The position numbers and the translations under genes are program-made. Positions 1 through 13,551 of a stretch of DNA of 64,000 nt are shown piece after piece. A model generated the notes under the pieces. The model did no database searches and was not told where the DNA came from. It saw only the letters and a program-made list of their open reading frames with translations. Each line of letters opens with the position of its first letter. The first letter of the stretch is position 1. Source of the DNA: Balanoglossus misakiensis (Eukaryota > Animalia > Hemichordata); the NCBI GenBank assembly GCA_040954595.2, contig CM082595.2:8352317-8416316 (forward strand), read 5' to 3'.

Positions 1-1835
1 AGCCAAATTCGTTTAAAAACATTAAATAAATGACTCTTGAACTGTCATCTGGCACGTTGTAGTTTCTGTATCATAGGATAACATTTAGCTTTGTCATCCA
101 ATCTGAATCAGCGCTCGTGTCATATACAGCTTTCAATTCAGTGAGAATGTGTGATTGATTTGTTGTTCATTGTTCAGGTGCACAACAGTGCACGTTAATT
201 GATTGTCAAGGCCTCCAGCCCATAGGTAAGAGGGCATAAAGGTAATCAGAAAATTGTACGAAAATGAAATAAATAATACATGTACTCAAATAATATAAAT
301 GACAACATCAAGCAGCACTTGTGTGGAAGTACGTACTCGGGATACAAAGTGAGGAACTTAGCAGATTAAGTTTTTTAACACATTTTCTCTGAGTTTAAAG
401 GCATTGTAAACATAAATACTTGAGGATTCTGATGCGCTCATGATATTAACAAACATTTGAATGTGGGGAATTTTAGTGTAACCAATATATTGTTTTCTAA
501 GACTGTCATATAAGGGGCAAACAAGTAAAAAGTGATACTCGTCTTCTATTTGTTCACCAGAGCATAGCCTACAGTGTCTCTCTGAAACGTCCACATTCTG
601 ATCTCTTCCCTCCTCTATTGCAAGAGGAAGGGCAGAACAGCGAAAACATGCAAAAATGTCTTTGACATTACGTGTACAGTTGACATTAACTACTTTTCAG
701 GCTGTAACAATGATTTAAAATGTGTGTATGTACGGAGTTTGGTTTTGGACGGACAGTGTGATTTCCATTGTTGCTTCAAAATATCTGAAATTCTTGTCTC
801 AAATGCTGAAAGGAACAAACGCTTATCGCCTCTTTCCTGAGAAATCCAGGCGAAAATAAAATGTGTTTCACCGATGTTGCCCAAGTGTGACGGCCTAAAC
901 AGTCAAGATTACGTATGTAGCATTAAATATGCTTGCCTAGGGAGTCTTTCCTGTGGCATCTCTATAAGTTTCACCCAGTAACGAATACAACGTTTCATTG
1001 TGTGAACATACACTGGCAACCGCCCACATTCTCCAATTACAGCTTCATTGGTAGTGCTCCTTGGCACACCTAGAAAAATTCTGCACCATGTTCTTTGCAC
1101 TTTTTCTATGATGTCATAAAACTCAAGTCTCCGATCCATAACAAAGAATGGGTAAGATCATGGCATCAAACACCTTGAAGTGACATTCAAATGGCATATA
1201 CCCTAGTTTCCACCTGGCAACTGAGAGTAGAAACAACACCTTGCTGGCTTGATTAGCCAATGTTTGCACTGCTCTGGACCAGGTGTTGCGATTAAACAAA
1301 AGTGAACCTAGGAGTTTGAACAATGTCCTTGTAATAGACAGGTTTTGGTTGAGACAGGTTTTACTGTATTTTGATACATGCTCTGGCTTAACCATTTCAC
1401 CACCATGGTACAGTCCAAACCCGTTGTTTTCTATGGTAAGGTTGGACCTCTAAAAAGGGAACTGGGAGGTTCTTTCTGGGAATCTCTTTATTTCTTCTGT
1501 CACAAAAATTGCATGGGAGTTCTAATTCTAAAAGGAGCACTGATTTGATAAAATATCTCAAAGTCAAGTTTTGGATGTGGCTCCAGTTCAAGTATTGTAG
1601 GTGACTAGTTTTCCGGAGTTCAAGTCTGTATACTTGCAGTAGAGTTGGTCACATGGACTTGGGTAATCTGAGTGTGGTCAGAAATTGAACTTACACACAC
1701 ACATTGATTGAGTTAAGAACATGTCTGGTGTATTACTGTAATATGACTAGATACTGCAAATGCATACACAATAAGCGTATGTTAAAATACACAGTTTTCA
1801 TTGATATATCTGATTCATGAAATTAAATACACATG
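1..1835. repeat. Copy 1 of a near-identical segmental duplication (partner 13552..15386); probably extends left of the window
   Basis: Sequence and ORF track repeat at a constant offset of 13,551 with only a handful of substitutions; identity stops after ...aaatacacatg. Confidence 0.97.
196..1400 (-). mobile_element. Degenerate 3' fragment of a CR1/L2-group LINE (post-RT region and C-terminal Cys/His domain)
   Basis: Frameshifted pieces FDAMILPILCYGSE, IEKVQRTWCRIFLGV, KTKLRTY, CRLC..EDEYHFLLVCPLY are collinear with the LINE ORF at 35481..36932; boundaries approximate. Confidence 0.85.
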
Positions 1836-4800
1836 TTCATTAAAACCCACTATGATAGAGCACCCCCACTGTTCAGAATGTCAGTTTTGAAGTCCTATAT
1901 CTATGACGTCATGCCTAGCTGTCAATGTTAACTGATGTGTACTTGTACTACTTGTAAATGGAAGTACTTTAAAGTAAAGCTCAGATGTAAGGGTTTTGTA
2001 AAATAAATATAATATTAAAACATTGCAATCATTTTAGTCCTTCGGAACAGCGGTTCAATTGACTAATGTGATCACTCTGTGTGCGGCATATGGCATATTA
2101 AGCATTTAGTATTTTTCAATCAGAAGCCATTAATCCTGTGATTAATTCTGCTTCTTGCAACACTGATTTTAAATCACCACACATGAATATTTTTATCCAA
2201 AGGACTGTGGTGCCCAAGTTTTTATGATAAGATAAACAAACAGTGAAATTCACTGAAGAAGTGAGTGAGCACTTGGCCTATCATTGTTCAATGAAATGTG
2301 ACCACCAATTCATTGACGCCTTGAGCATAGCAACAACAACCTGTGTATTGACGATACTGCCTGTAGCCTTTCAGTTGATGTTGCTTGATGTACATATATG
2401 ACTGGAGTCGATCATTTGTGTTTTTTGTTGCATTGTTATTTTTAACAGCGTATTAAGCAATTTTTGTTTGAGTTCATCATTCAGTGATGGTAGCTGACTA
2501 AAATCAGTGATTGTCGTCAGGTTATGTATTTCAATTTTCAGGATGACTGCTTTTGTAATAAATTCACAAGTTCTGTGACCGTCACAATAGTGTTCTGAAT
2601 TATTGGTTTGTTTTCCTGTAGTGTGCATTTACATGTTCCCAGATAGGAAGTTTTAATGGGTATTAGTGTCAACATCCACAAGTGACTTGAGGCCAGTGAA
2701 CTTGCAGTTGTGTGTAGTTTGGATATTAGCTTGTGGTGATATTAACATGGCGAATATCAAAATAGTACAAACAAATGTTTAAAACAGGACATATCCATAG
2801 CTTTCCCTTTCATAATTGGACTGTATTGTTATTGAAGTACAAAGACTTTCCAGCAACATGACATGGCTGGATTTTTTTGTAGGAAACAAGTCCGGCTGCT
2901 ATTTGCTGTCTTTGTATTACACTACTAGTAACATCTCCATTTCTAGCTTTGCACCTCACATTCAATGAATAGACCTGTGGATGTTTTGACACTTCTCGTC
3001 AATGAATGTGTATGGCTGCAGTTTATCAAATGATACACAAATCAAAGGAACAAACAGTGACTTTTATTTCTTTTGAGAACCTTGCATTCTTATATTTAAA
3101 TGCTCACTCACTGGCCCCAATTGCAAAATAGCAACATTTAATACATGCGATATTCAATGCGTTTACAGTATTCAAAAATGTTTGAAATTGAATATTGTGC
3201 CAAAGAGTGGTGTTGTCAGTCCAAATATCAAAGCATTGAATGATTGTTCACAGTTTCCTGTATGGTTTGGCCCACCTCTTGTGAAAAGATGACTTGTGAT
3301 ATAGTGTTGTACATTGAAAAGAAATATATATACATGTATTTTAAATAATTCATATTTTCAATCTAGAAGTGGGAGCTGCTTCCTCAAGATATAATTGACT
3401 GTCAGAATGAAAGGCAAGCGATTCACACAAGTTAACTCCAACACAACAACTCTTCAATTAAATAATTGACATCAGATAACCACAAAGGCATTATTCAAAT
3501 AAATTGTATAAATGCAGTTACAAGATTTGATGTCTGAAATTTACTGATATGTGTAGATTTTGTCAGCATTTCCCTTTCTGGGTTACTTTGCGATTAGTTG
3601 TTTTGCGTAGTAGAATGGAACAGTGCCCGGTCCAGATTGGTCACATTAATGTTCAGAGAGAAAGTTAATTTGGCAACTGCTCATTGTATGAAAGGTCATA
3701 GGGTTAAGATGTCTTATGTCAAAGTCACTTATGAATCCCTTAAAGATAAATGTAACCTATCTTATTGACAGATAAGCCAGCAACAACAGAGAAATGTTAT
3801 ACACCCAAATGCTATCAACGAGGTGAGCTTCTGTCTATCTAGGAAATGGTGCCACACTGCTACTGATAAGGACAAAAAAAGAGTTTTGTTTAGCGTGTAG
3901 GAAAATGTCAAAAATTTTAGTTATGGTAAACAACCAACACGCAAACATTTATTTTCTTTTCAATTGTTTGATAAAATTATTATAACTATCCCAAAATTTG
4001 CAGCTTGTGTGCCTTTAAAATTCAAATTCCTGTCCAAAGGGTGTCTACCCCTGCTGGTCAACTGTTATATAGGCAATTTACACAAACACGTACCAGTATA
4101 GATTCGACCACAGTCCTGTTGGCAAACATGCTCCAATGGTCTTTGCAGACAACCATCATAAATGCATGAAACGCAGCACGCTCATTCAGTCCGATAATAG
4201 GTGCTAAAACATAACATTTTGACATCACTAACATTTTTCCCAGTGACCAAATTTTCTCAGTTTGAATCGACTGTTGATTTTGTGGAAACATTAACATGGC
4301 CAGTTTTGTCCAGTGGCTGTGATTGAAACCATCTCCAATACCAGAAAAATGCTGATCCAAAACAAACGTTAAGCACAAATTGTCATTTTGACTCGTATAC
4401 TCAGAGTTTCGGAAACTTGATCAAGTAATATAACTTCAGAGAGGGGGGGGGGAGCAGTATCCCCTTCCATTTATTGGCTGTTTAAACAGATGTGTCAGTT
4501 ATGTTGAAGCATTCTTCTTGCTTTATGCAGATGCAATTTGCGCCCCCATCCTCTACATACTGTAATCAGTCTCAGTGTTTGCCTGCTCGAGATTGTCAGT
4601 TTTTCATTAAAAGGAAATATTCATTTAAATTAAGCTTTAAATAATCTTATATATGATATTAATTATGTCTATTAAATGACATTTCATAATATATCAAGAT
4701 CAACACTTATGTATGACAAAACAGGCCAAAAATGAAAGAAAATCTAAAATTCCTGTATTTTTTAAAAAGTGCAATTTTGCAATGAAAAATGAAAATCTAA

Positions 4801-5968
4801 TGTTTCAGCGGTGTACATTTACTTGCATGAGTTCTAGTGGAGGAGATCATGTTTTGTTTATGAAGTTCAATAGTCAGAAATGCAACGTTTTCATTGTTTC
4901 TTGCATTTCCCACGGTGGCAGCCATATTCCTTTATGGCAAAGCTTTATTATTTATCTGGTTAAAACTTGCAAATGCACTCATATTTAGGGTTAAAAATAC
5001 TTGTATACAGTTCAGTGCCTACATCTGCATGGACTAATACTAGTAAAGTTTGAAAAAAAATGATAATTATCCCTAAAGTTTCAACTTATATGCCTGTAAG
5101 CGACATACCTTGTATGTGCATGAATTTGTCGTCAACCGGAAACGGATTACTTGTATGAAAATGTTTGGAGTTCTCGCAGCGATTTTAAATTCACCACTAT
5201 TTTCTTGGGCTGGCCATCTGAAAGGCAGCATGGTTGTCAAAGGATAAATCTTTTATGTCAACCGAGCAACATATTTAATATCATGAAGTGTACACAACAT
5301 TTGCACTGCTGGAACTATCATGACCACAATACTTGTTTACAATACTTGTTTACCATGGAGGTCAACTGGACCCCTATAAAAACGGTAGAACCGTTTTAAT
5401 CCAGCTGACTTTCAAATTGCAAAGTACCGTCACAATCAAATTTGATAAGCCTATTTATATGCATTAATTCAAGTTTAAAGGAAAACTCATGAAAAAAATG
5501 TGCGTTTTGTGTTTACCCCACTGTGTTCACTGATCAGGTTTGCAAAATACATTCAACCTTATGTAGTATGGTAATCAAACACTTAAAATGTGATGTCATA
5601 TAACAAAGGCGTGTTGAAATACCCTGAAAGAAATAAAGTGTCTGTTTTACTTCTTACAATATACCATGCCAACAATTCTGCTGATGCAAAATTCAGTTGA
5701 TGCAACACTTACAGATGTATGCACAGAACATAAAATCAGTATGGGAACCCTCCATTAAAACTTTTGCACTTTGTACCTGACTTGGCTATTGTCAAGTCGT
5801 GTCACTTAATATGTAATATTACCTGTAATCTGTTTGGTTTTGTTATTATTTTGTTATTTCATGCGTCCTTGAGCTTGGTGGGTGACACACTTTACACACC
5901 TGCTTGTTGCATGCATGGCACTATTTTTTGACTAAAAATGTTCCTTCCAGGCCATTAAATTACCTATA

Positions 5969-6143
5969 CAGTAAAACTCCAATTATCCATATCCAATTAT
6001 CCGAACTGTTTGGTTATCCAAACTGCTGTCATGTCCCCCAAACAGTTCTTTTGTATAGGATCGCTATCCGAATAACCGAACTGTCTGCATATCCGAACAA
6101 AATCAATGTCCCCCTGTCAGTTCGGATAATTGGAGTTTTACTG
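5969..6143. mobile_element. Tc1/mariner-pogo type MITE
   Basis: TIR CAGTAAAACTCCAATTATCC...GGATAATTGGAGTTTTACTG flanked by TA on both sides. Confidence 0.9.
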
Positions 6144-6443
6144 TATTGGGATATATCTTCATTTTGGCAATTTGTACGATGGGTAAACACTATTTGACGG
6201 GCGGAGAAGGCCTGCTTATTGATATGTATTCTATTGCAACCAATCAGTACACATAGTTAGAGACTGCTCAGCACTCCAGATCTTATATCGAGAGCGGCCA
6301 CTGTTTCGCGAGTATAAATTTTCGCGTTCTCTTATTTCATTCACTGCATCGTTATCTTCAAAAAAAATTACGTGACACTTTATTTTTACACTATTTTGGC
6401 ACTTGCGTATTTGGCGAAAATGTATTGCTCGCGAAAAATTAAA

Positions 6444-6777
6444 GCCGCTTGCACACGTGCCATTGTTAGGGCGCCCTTTTTGGGATTATAAAATTTGGTA
6501 AACATTTCTTATCAGTGACTCAAATACTTTTGCATGCACATGTGTATAAAAGGGACAGGGTCATCGCCCTCTACGCGCGTCCACAGCAGCGTGACTAAAG
6601 GTCACAATGTTCACACGTGATTTGAGTCGCTGTTTAGTGCAGCGCCCCGACCCAGGTCCCACCCCTCAACACCGTCCCCAAAAAAGCCGCTCTCACCTTT
6701 TCACACGTGGCACTTACAAATTAACGCCGCCCTAGGGCCGCTGCTGGGGCGGCGTTGATGGCACGTGTGAAAGGCAC
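6444..6777. mobile_element. PIF/Harbinger-like MITE nested in an older TA-type MITE (~6300..6794)
   Basis: Imperfect TIR GCCGCTTGCACACGTGCCAT / ATGGCACGTGTGAAAGGCAC with TAA(A) duplicated on both sides; removing it restores cgcgaaaaattaaagtgttttacagta. Confidence 0.7.
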
Positions 6778-7033
6778 TAAAGTGTTTTACAGTATGTACT
6801 TTTTAATCCCTTCAAATATTTGAATATGATTAATTCCATGATAAGTGGGACAAGAAACCACAGTTGATACCCCAAAAAAATATTGAGAAAATAACCCGAA
6901 GTTGGAGTTACTGAGCTTTAAATTGATTTCAATAATCTCCCAAGTGAAAATTGGCTGAAGCTCCTGTAGTCAGTTACCTGTTGGTAGATTGACACATGAC
7001 AATGATTGACTGTTTACACTTTTGATCTTTTAG

Positions 7034-7252
7034 AGGAATATTCAAGCACTGCAGGAGAATCTAGAGATGGCACAGAAAATAAGAACTTGAATTGAAGAAT
7101 CAGCAAGATCAACATGCACGACAAAATCAACTCATAACACAAAGACAACAACAAAAGCAATTACAAAGATAGCCCAACAACAACAACAAGCAGTGCAAGC
7201 ACAGCCATCCAATATACAATCAACAAATCAACAACTAAGACACCACTTTCAA
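7034..7252 (+). pseudogene. Decayed Gln-rich/coiled-coil exon
   Basis: Pyrimidine tract + AG at 7032-7033 and GTAAGT at 7253; RNIQALQENLEMAQK / ELELKNQQDQHARQ / IAQQQQQAVQAQ lie in shifting frames. Confidence 0.5.
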
Positions 7253-7807
7253 GTAAGTTGTCACAATAATGTGAACAGTGAATATTTTGAAAACCAAGAC
7301 TGTTACCCGTGTCACTCCTGGGAATTGTTATGTGGGGAAAAATAAAATCATTTTTCTCATGTTATTTTTAACACCTGTTTACTCCTATAAAAGTGAGTGC
7401 ATGTGTTTTCGAGTTCTCTTCAATCCAGAAGCCACTGTATAGGCCTTAGTTGGTGCATGTAGCTCCTAGACTTAGAAATAAAGACGCCTCAAGTCCAGTT
7501 GACCATCTCACACTTCTGGCACTGGTGGGATTCAAACCAACGCCATCGAAATGACTGCAGGTGTCTAAAACCCCTTGACTGTAGGACACAAATGCCTGAC
7601 AGTGATATAACTATGTTATAATGTTACGTCGACACTACATAAGTTTGGGGATATGTTGTCTCAAATGATGAAATTGAGAAAAATTATCCCATCTTGTTAT
7701 AATCTGAGCCCAGTTGTCTTTGGTGTGAGATTCCAGTAGTCAAGAGTAGGCTTACCTTGAATAATGTAATGCTTGTAAATAATTTCTAATTTCCTCTTAC
7801 CCTCCAG

Positions 7808-7930
7808 ATATGAATGAATGTCACAGTGGTGGAAATGCGTGTCAACACTATTGTCAGAATACCCATGGTAGTTATCTCTGCGCTTGCAGACAAGGCTTCA
7901 ATGTGCTGGAGGATGGCCATGCATGTGCAG
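7808..7930 (+). CDS. Calcium-binding EGF-like domain exon (phase 1-1, 123 nt, open)
   Basis: cctccag| DMNECHSGGNACQHYCQNTHGSYLCACRQGFNVLEDGHACA |gtatgt: 6 Cys, DxNEC and NTxGSY motifs. Confidence 0.92.
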
Positions 7931-9010
7931 GTATGTAACTGTGGATATTGATCTCTTCTGTGGCTACACTGTTTGGGGATTGTATATTGCTATGGTTACA
8001 ATAAAACATGCATCCTGTCTGTCCATTGCACACATTTTAAAATTTGAAATCAACCGCACACTCGTACTGAACACATGTTTGTTGAAATTGTATCTCAGAA
8101 TTTTTCCATTTATAATTATGCATAATATAAACAAATTAACAAATGTGAAATTTTATCTTTGAAAATTTGTTTGCAAGGGTGAAAAAGTAATCTGTTTTTT
8201 TAAAAATCAGACAAAGTTTTGCTGACAGGGTACACAAGTTTCAGGGGATTTTGTCAAAATGAGAATGATAGAGAGTGTTAAAATTCCTAGAAAGAGATTG
8301 CCATGGATATTGAGGACTTTGGTGTAAAAACAATCAACTGATCAATTAATATGTGGTTACGAATATGTGTCATCAACCTCACCTTCTATCCACAATGCTG
8401 GATCTATAGACAGTTTTAAAAGGGGTTTAAAAACTCGTCTTTTTATTCTGCACAATTTCATTCCATTGCTTTTTTTGGTTTAAAGGGAATGTCTTTCAGA
8501 ACTGTTTTGGTTTCTTTGGGGTTTTTAAGTGTAATTTTTTTATCCTTTAAAGAGCATATCTTAGCTCGAAACACACTTTGAGGATAAATAATAATTGGGC
8601 GTGTGTGTTAAATGCTGGTGTCCTTTTACTTATTTCATATGGATAAATAAATGTTAAATTTAAAAATGTTCAGGGCCTGAGAAAAAACTTCTGTTTGGGC
8701 CACGCCCATTTCTGTGACGTCACAAGAGGAACCCATTTACGTTTGCAAGACTGTACATTGCAGTGGTTGAATTGCAATCATACATGTCTGTGATCTAAAC
8801 AGCTTTGCTGGGTCAGCCTCTGGATCCCCCGTTCCATTCAAAATAAATGTACATATATACCTTTTCATCTAGGGGAGATGCGATTATGAAAAAAATAACA
8901 CTACTCGGCCCGGTTAGGCTACGGCTACGCATTGCAAGCAGTACACAACATGCAATGGCAGCGGATGTGTATAGGCACCTTACACATACAATGATTGCTG
9001 CCTCGATTAA

Positions 9011-9162
9011 GATGGGTCCCCCGTATCTTTTTGCTCGTTTCTATGGGCCTTTATAGGACACTACACTCAATTTTGATCGAAACCGTTATGAACGTCCGAC
9101 AAGGGGCTTGTAACTAGTTAAAAATACACACGATCGTGTGCACACCCCCTATCCGAGCATGT
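9011..9162. mobile_element. Isolated terminus of the Kolobok-type family seen at 15614..16408
   Basis: TTAA|GATGGGTCCCCCGTATC... is the near-exact reverse complement of ~16258..16408. Confidence 0.85.
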
Positions 9163-9689
9163 AAAAAACAACAAAAACAAACAAACTAACAAACAAACAA
9201 ACAAATAAACATACACAACAAGGATTTAGTTTAGACTGTACATGCTCGCTGGTAACATCGTGACCAACCGCTCCGTTAAAAAACACCAGAACAAAGAACG
9301 TATGAACGTTTAGGTCCACAATTCACAAGTTATTGAACTATGAATGTATGTTCAATGCTGTGAAAAGCCAAAAACATACTTTTTGCCAAAAAAAATGACA
9401 TTTGTTAACGTACAAGTTGTTCATTAATAGCGAAAGCACCGTATGGCCACACTCACATTATGCCAGCACCGTATATTCATGCTTAGTTATAAGACGTTGA
9501 ATGCACACTGATGGCCCGACGTCCTCATTGTTTTTTTGAAACCCGGTCTCTAACAACAATTTCTCTTCATAAGTAAAGAGTAATGTGTATTTTTATTACG
9601 GTTTTATATATGATACTGTGTGCAAAGTGAAGATTGTGTGTCAGTGAGGCAACATATATACATGTATATTTAATCCACTTGGGTGTCGT

Positions 9690-11867
9690 ACTTGGCTCAG
9701 ATGTGTGTTAATGTGTACTAAACAAATTCAGAGAGCGAGCCGCCAATACAGATAATCTCACCCACAAAATACCAATTATAAAAAAACAAAATAAATTCAT
9801 ATTACAATATTTGAAACAAGAAACTGCTCAAAGAGTAATTTTCAAAATATTTATCATCACTAAACTAGTTATAGGGGTAAATACAGGATCGAGATTCAGT
9901 CGCTAAAGAAATTCAAGTTTGGTAATAACACCGGTTACAACAAACTTAGTTAAAACATTGTATAGCCATAGATATATTATAATAGTGGCCTGGCATAAAC
10001 AAAATTTTCATAACATTTGGGCATTTTGTGATAAAAGTTTAACAAGTAAAGCTCAGTTGATTCGTTCTTTTCCCCATAAAAATATCTTTGATGAACAAAA
10101 TTCCAAATTTAGTCAACCCAGGAAAAACGGCATCTTGTTTCTCAACCTTATAAATTGATCTGACCAGTTTGAATCAGTGCAGAATCTAGCTTTTCTATTT
10201 TATCTTCATCAAATGATTCATGCAAATAAAGAATCACTTCCCCATAAAATGGTGGCAGAAATCCAGTATCATGACAGTCGATTGGTTTGTTAAAGTTACT
10301 ATAGAAACTAACTATGTCTAGGTTGCATGTACATAGATAGATGTTAGGAATCCAAATCAAAATCTGTTTCAAACTTTTCATCCAATACTTGTCCTTCGGA
10401 AAGCGTTTTGATGAAGTCGCTTGAAGTGCTTTATATTGCTCAAGTTATCGAAAATTTTAATCGCACCTTGATGATAGTCAGCAGTTCTATTTTGACATGT
10501 TATTTTGTGTATTTTTGAACCCCCAAAATCAAAGAATAAAATGATAAAGTGAAAATAAGCTTCAAAACACCAAAAGTCTTCAGGATCACAGCTTTTCTGT
10601 AAAGAGTAAGATTTCGCTTACTTCATGCTATTAAATGAAATGAAGTTTTCCGTAATATCTCTTGCAAAGTCAGATTACACATTGAGATATTAGAATGGAA
10701 GTACATTCCAAGTGACTTGTTGGGAGCATTGGGCCACCTAATCCCAGAAAATTGCAATAAGACCTGTTTTTCCATTTACCAATCTAAAGGCCAACTGCTT
10801 GTATATTTAGTTGGGTTTCTATAATTAACACACATTTTTGACAATATTTATGGCATGATGGACACTATTCTCGACAAATAAAATAATGTTGTGTCCTCCG
10901 CTGTAATTTTTATGAGTTTGGAATCATAGACACCATTTCTTTTTTGGTCAACTCTGTTAACAGTCGACAAAATTGCTGGAGTGGAACTGATACATGATCT
11001 AAAGTATCAAGACATATGGTCGATTATTAGCGTTTCAGCAATTCGACTTAAGTTTCTTAAATTTCCTATGGCATTTTGACAAACATCAACGCCCCGAAAA
11101 AACGTTGTCAACGCTGCGGTCGCGATTGTGGTCGAAACAAAGCCGACATTTTCGCATGGTTCGTTACCTGGGGTCCATTTAGATTGCATTGCGTTTGAGG
11201 CCCTATGTGTACGTATGTCTGTCGACCAATACACGTGACGACCGCGGACTCAGTTTGGATCAACGTCTATTTCGGGCAGTAGACTCTCCTATCAAGTTGA
11301 TAAGGAAATTTTACCAGTCACGAGTAAGCCAAGCCCACATCCGTGTGCAAATCTGATATATCGGTGATCTGTTTATATGATTATCATTAGCTAAGGTGGT
11401 AAACTGTTGTGATTCATATGTGTAATTTACGTACTGCAAGTTAAATATCGCAATTAGCCTAATGTTTGACCATAGACAGTATGCTTTGATTTCTAGAAGA
11501 GCACCTATTAATCCGAGAACAAAGGGATTAAAAGTTACGCCGTTAAATTGTGTTTTAATAACTTACTTACCCTATAAGTAGTTTAGTAACCATAATATCT
11601 TTGAAAATCATTCTTTCCACAGTTCCTTGTATCAAATATAGAAATCTAAATTTATTTTGGTGTTCACAGATGTTATTTGGTGGGTGAAATTATCTGTATT
11701 GGTGGCCATTTTGAAAAATTGGTTGCCATGGAAACTCATCAACAGATATTTAGTGGCTCGCTATCTGAATTTGTTTAGTACACATTAACACACATCTGAG
11801 CCAAGTTTGGTGCTTTTATCACAAAATGCACAATCGCTATGAAAATTAGGGTTTGGCCGCTCCACTA
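9690..11867. mobile_element. Academ-like DNA transposon remnant with long TIRs (left end truncated)
   Basis: 9690..9745 is the inverted copy of ~11752..11806; right end ...GGCCGCTCCACTA (TAG...CTA termini typical of Academ). Confidence 0.55.
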
Positions 11868-12403
11868 CAGGGCTTTAGACGGCCATATTGAATTGCCACA
11901 TCGAGGCTCTTATCTCAAAATGAACTTCACACTTGAAGTATTGTTTTGAACAAGGTTTAAGTCCTTTATTAAAATAAAGAAAAGGTAATTTTTTCCAATG
12001 GTTGTGAGTTTTCAGTACATGTACTGTTACACCTAGCTTTATTATTATTTGGTAGCCAAAAATCAACGAATTATTCATACAATATGCAAATTTGTGCATA
12101 ATTATTGTTTTATTATTGCTATTTTGTGTTTATACAACCAAACAAGTTGTTGATGTAAACATGTAGTTTATTTTCATTGTTTAAGGAGGTACGTGAACAT
12201 TTCTTTGATGCTATTCATGTGAGAATTGCGATCCTTGGCGGCCATATTTGATTTGCCAAAACGAGGCTCTTATCTCAAAAAGATCTTTTGGGAACAGGCA
12301 TTTTCGAAATCAGCGTAGTCGAATTGACCAAAAAACATATTTGGTTTGCTTGTACCAAAAAATGCCAGAGGGGGTCACAATTTCTCAAATCTCCACCTGA
12401 CTA
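11868..12403. mobile_element. Second Academ-like right end
   Basis: Ends ...CTCCACCTGACTA; internal direct repeats GGCCATATT..GAGGCTCTTATCTCAAAA at ~11881 and ~12240. Confidence 0.4.
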
Positions 12404-12748
12404 TGAAGGGTTCCTCTTGTGACGTCATGTCACATGACCAAAATGCAGCAAATCTGAACTCAGATTTTCAGGACAGGGTGGATTTTGAAGTATTTTATGA
12501 GAACAAAACAAATATTATAGAAATCGATACCCGAAAAATATTGTCACTTTTGGTAAATATTAGATTTCTTTCAATCATTTTTTAACCTTCTGATAAGATT
12601 TAAAAAGGCAAGATATGCTCTTTAAGCTTTCACTTGTTTTCCAATTTTATTATTTTCAGTAGAAAATGCACTAAGATGTATGTGTATTACGTTTGTCAGG
12701 ATATAAATAATAATAAAATTAAAAATAATAAACTATCTTTGATTTCAG

Positions 12749-12856
12749 ATGTCAATAAGAGAGCAGATCTTTGTGAAGGCCAGTGTGTGAATACAGCAGG
12801 CTCTTTTTATTGCACTTGTTCTGTGGGATATTGATTGGTCAATGGAGAGTGTACAG
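12749..12856 (+). pseudogene. Disabled calcium-binding EGF exon (phase 1-1)
   Basis: tttcag| DVNKRADLCEGQCVNTAGSFYCTCSVGY*LVNGECT |gtaag: first Cys missing, in-frame TGA at 12832-12834. Confidence 0.88.
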
Positions 12857-13177
12857 GTAAGACCAGCACAATATGTGGACAACGAAAGGTCCAGTATCTG
12901 TAACTTTTGAATTTTTATTCAGTATTTTTCTGGTTATCAACCATCATTTCTTGTTCAGCTCGATGAAGCAGGGTAAGCAATGTTGTTATGTTTAAACATT
13001 GTATTCAAGCCTGGGTCTGGACTTGGATGCAATTTGTCAATAATAACAGTGATTGGTAACTGCATGTTTACATAACTGGCTAACTGTTAAAGAGACCAGC
13101 TGTTCTATTTGGTGTGTGTACAGTACACATGCCATTGGCAGCTTATGGGTCAGCCAATGTTTGCCTGTTGATCTCTT

Positions 13178-13279
13178 GATGTGTGTGTGTGTGTGTGTGT
13201 CTGTCTGTATATGTACTCTGGTGTAGACTTTTTTCTTGTATTATCCGTGAATGGGACCACCGTGTACTTAACGCAATTT
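13178..13279 (+). mobile_element. Short Helentron/HINE-like end with (GT)n/CTGT microsatellite
   Basis: (GT)n then AATGGGACCACCGTGTACTTAACGCAATTT, matching the terminal motif at 59128..59157 and (reverse) 61122..61151. Confidence 0.5.
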
Positions 13280-13551
13280 CTTACACTCATCAGGGATATT
13301 TTGGCTTGTCTAACACGAGCTAAAAATATCCCCAACTCGTCTGAGAAATCTTTTACCAGGTCCTAAGGTTGTGAGACTAATAGAATCTCACACTCCCAAG
13401 GACTTGGGATCATATTTCTCACATGTGTTGAGGATTTTCTGTCCCAAACAAGCTGCAGGCGAGTGTGGGACAAAATATCCCTGACGAGTGTGAGAAATAT
13501 GATCCCAGGTCCTTGGTGTGTGAGATTATATTTCTCACACGGCCACAAATT
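13270..13551. repeat. Multi-palindromic non-coding element (possibly Crypton-type non-autonomous)
   Basis: GGGATATTTT..AAAATATCCC, TGTCCCA..TGGGACA and ATTTCTCACA..TGTGAGAAAT inverted pairs; family assignment is tentative. Confidence 0.45.

Larger units (their letters stand above)
8551..12621. mobile_element. Kolobok-type non-autonomous element split by ~3.7 kb of nested insertions
   Basis: TTAA|AGAGCATATCTT ... AAGATATGCTCT|TTAA; internal inverted TGACGTCACAAGAGGAACCC (~8715) / GGGTTCCTCTTGTGACGTCA (~12408). Confidence 0.75.

Noticed and set aside
2100-5400. Short ORFs at 2371, 2810, 4058, 4713 and 5151
   Set aside because: No motifs or consistent splice signals; cannot be supported
12832-12834. 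Selenocysteine TGA in the EGF exon
   Set aside because: Not at a conserved Cys position, and the exon also lacks its first Cys
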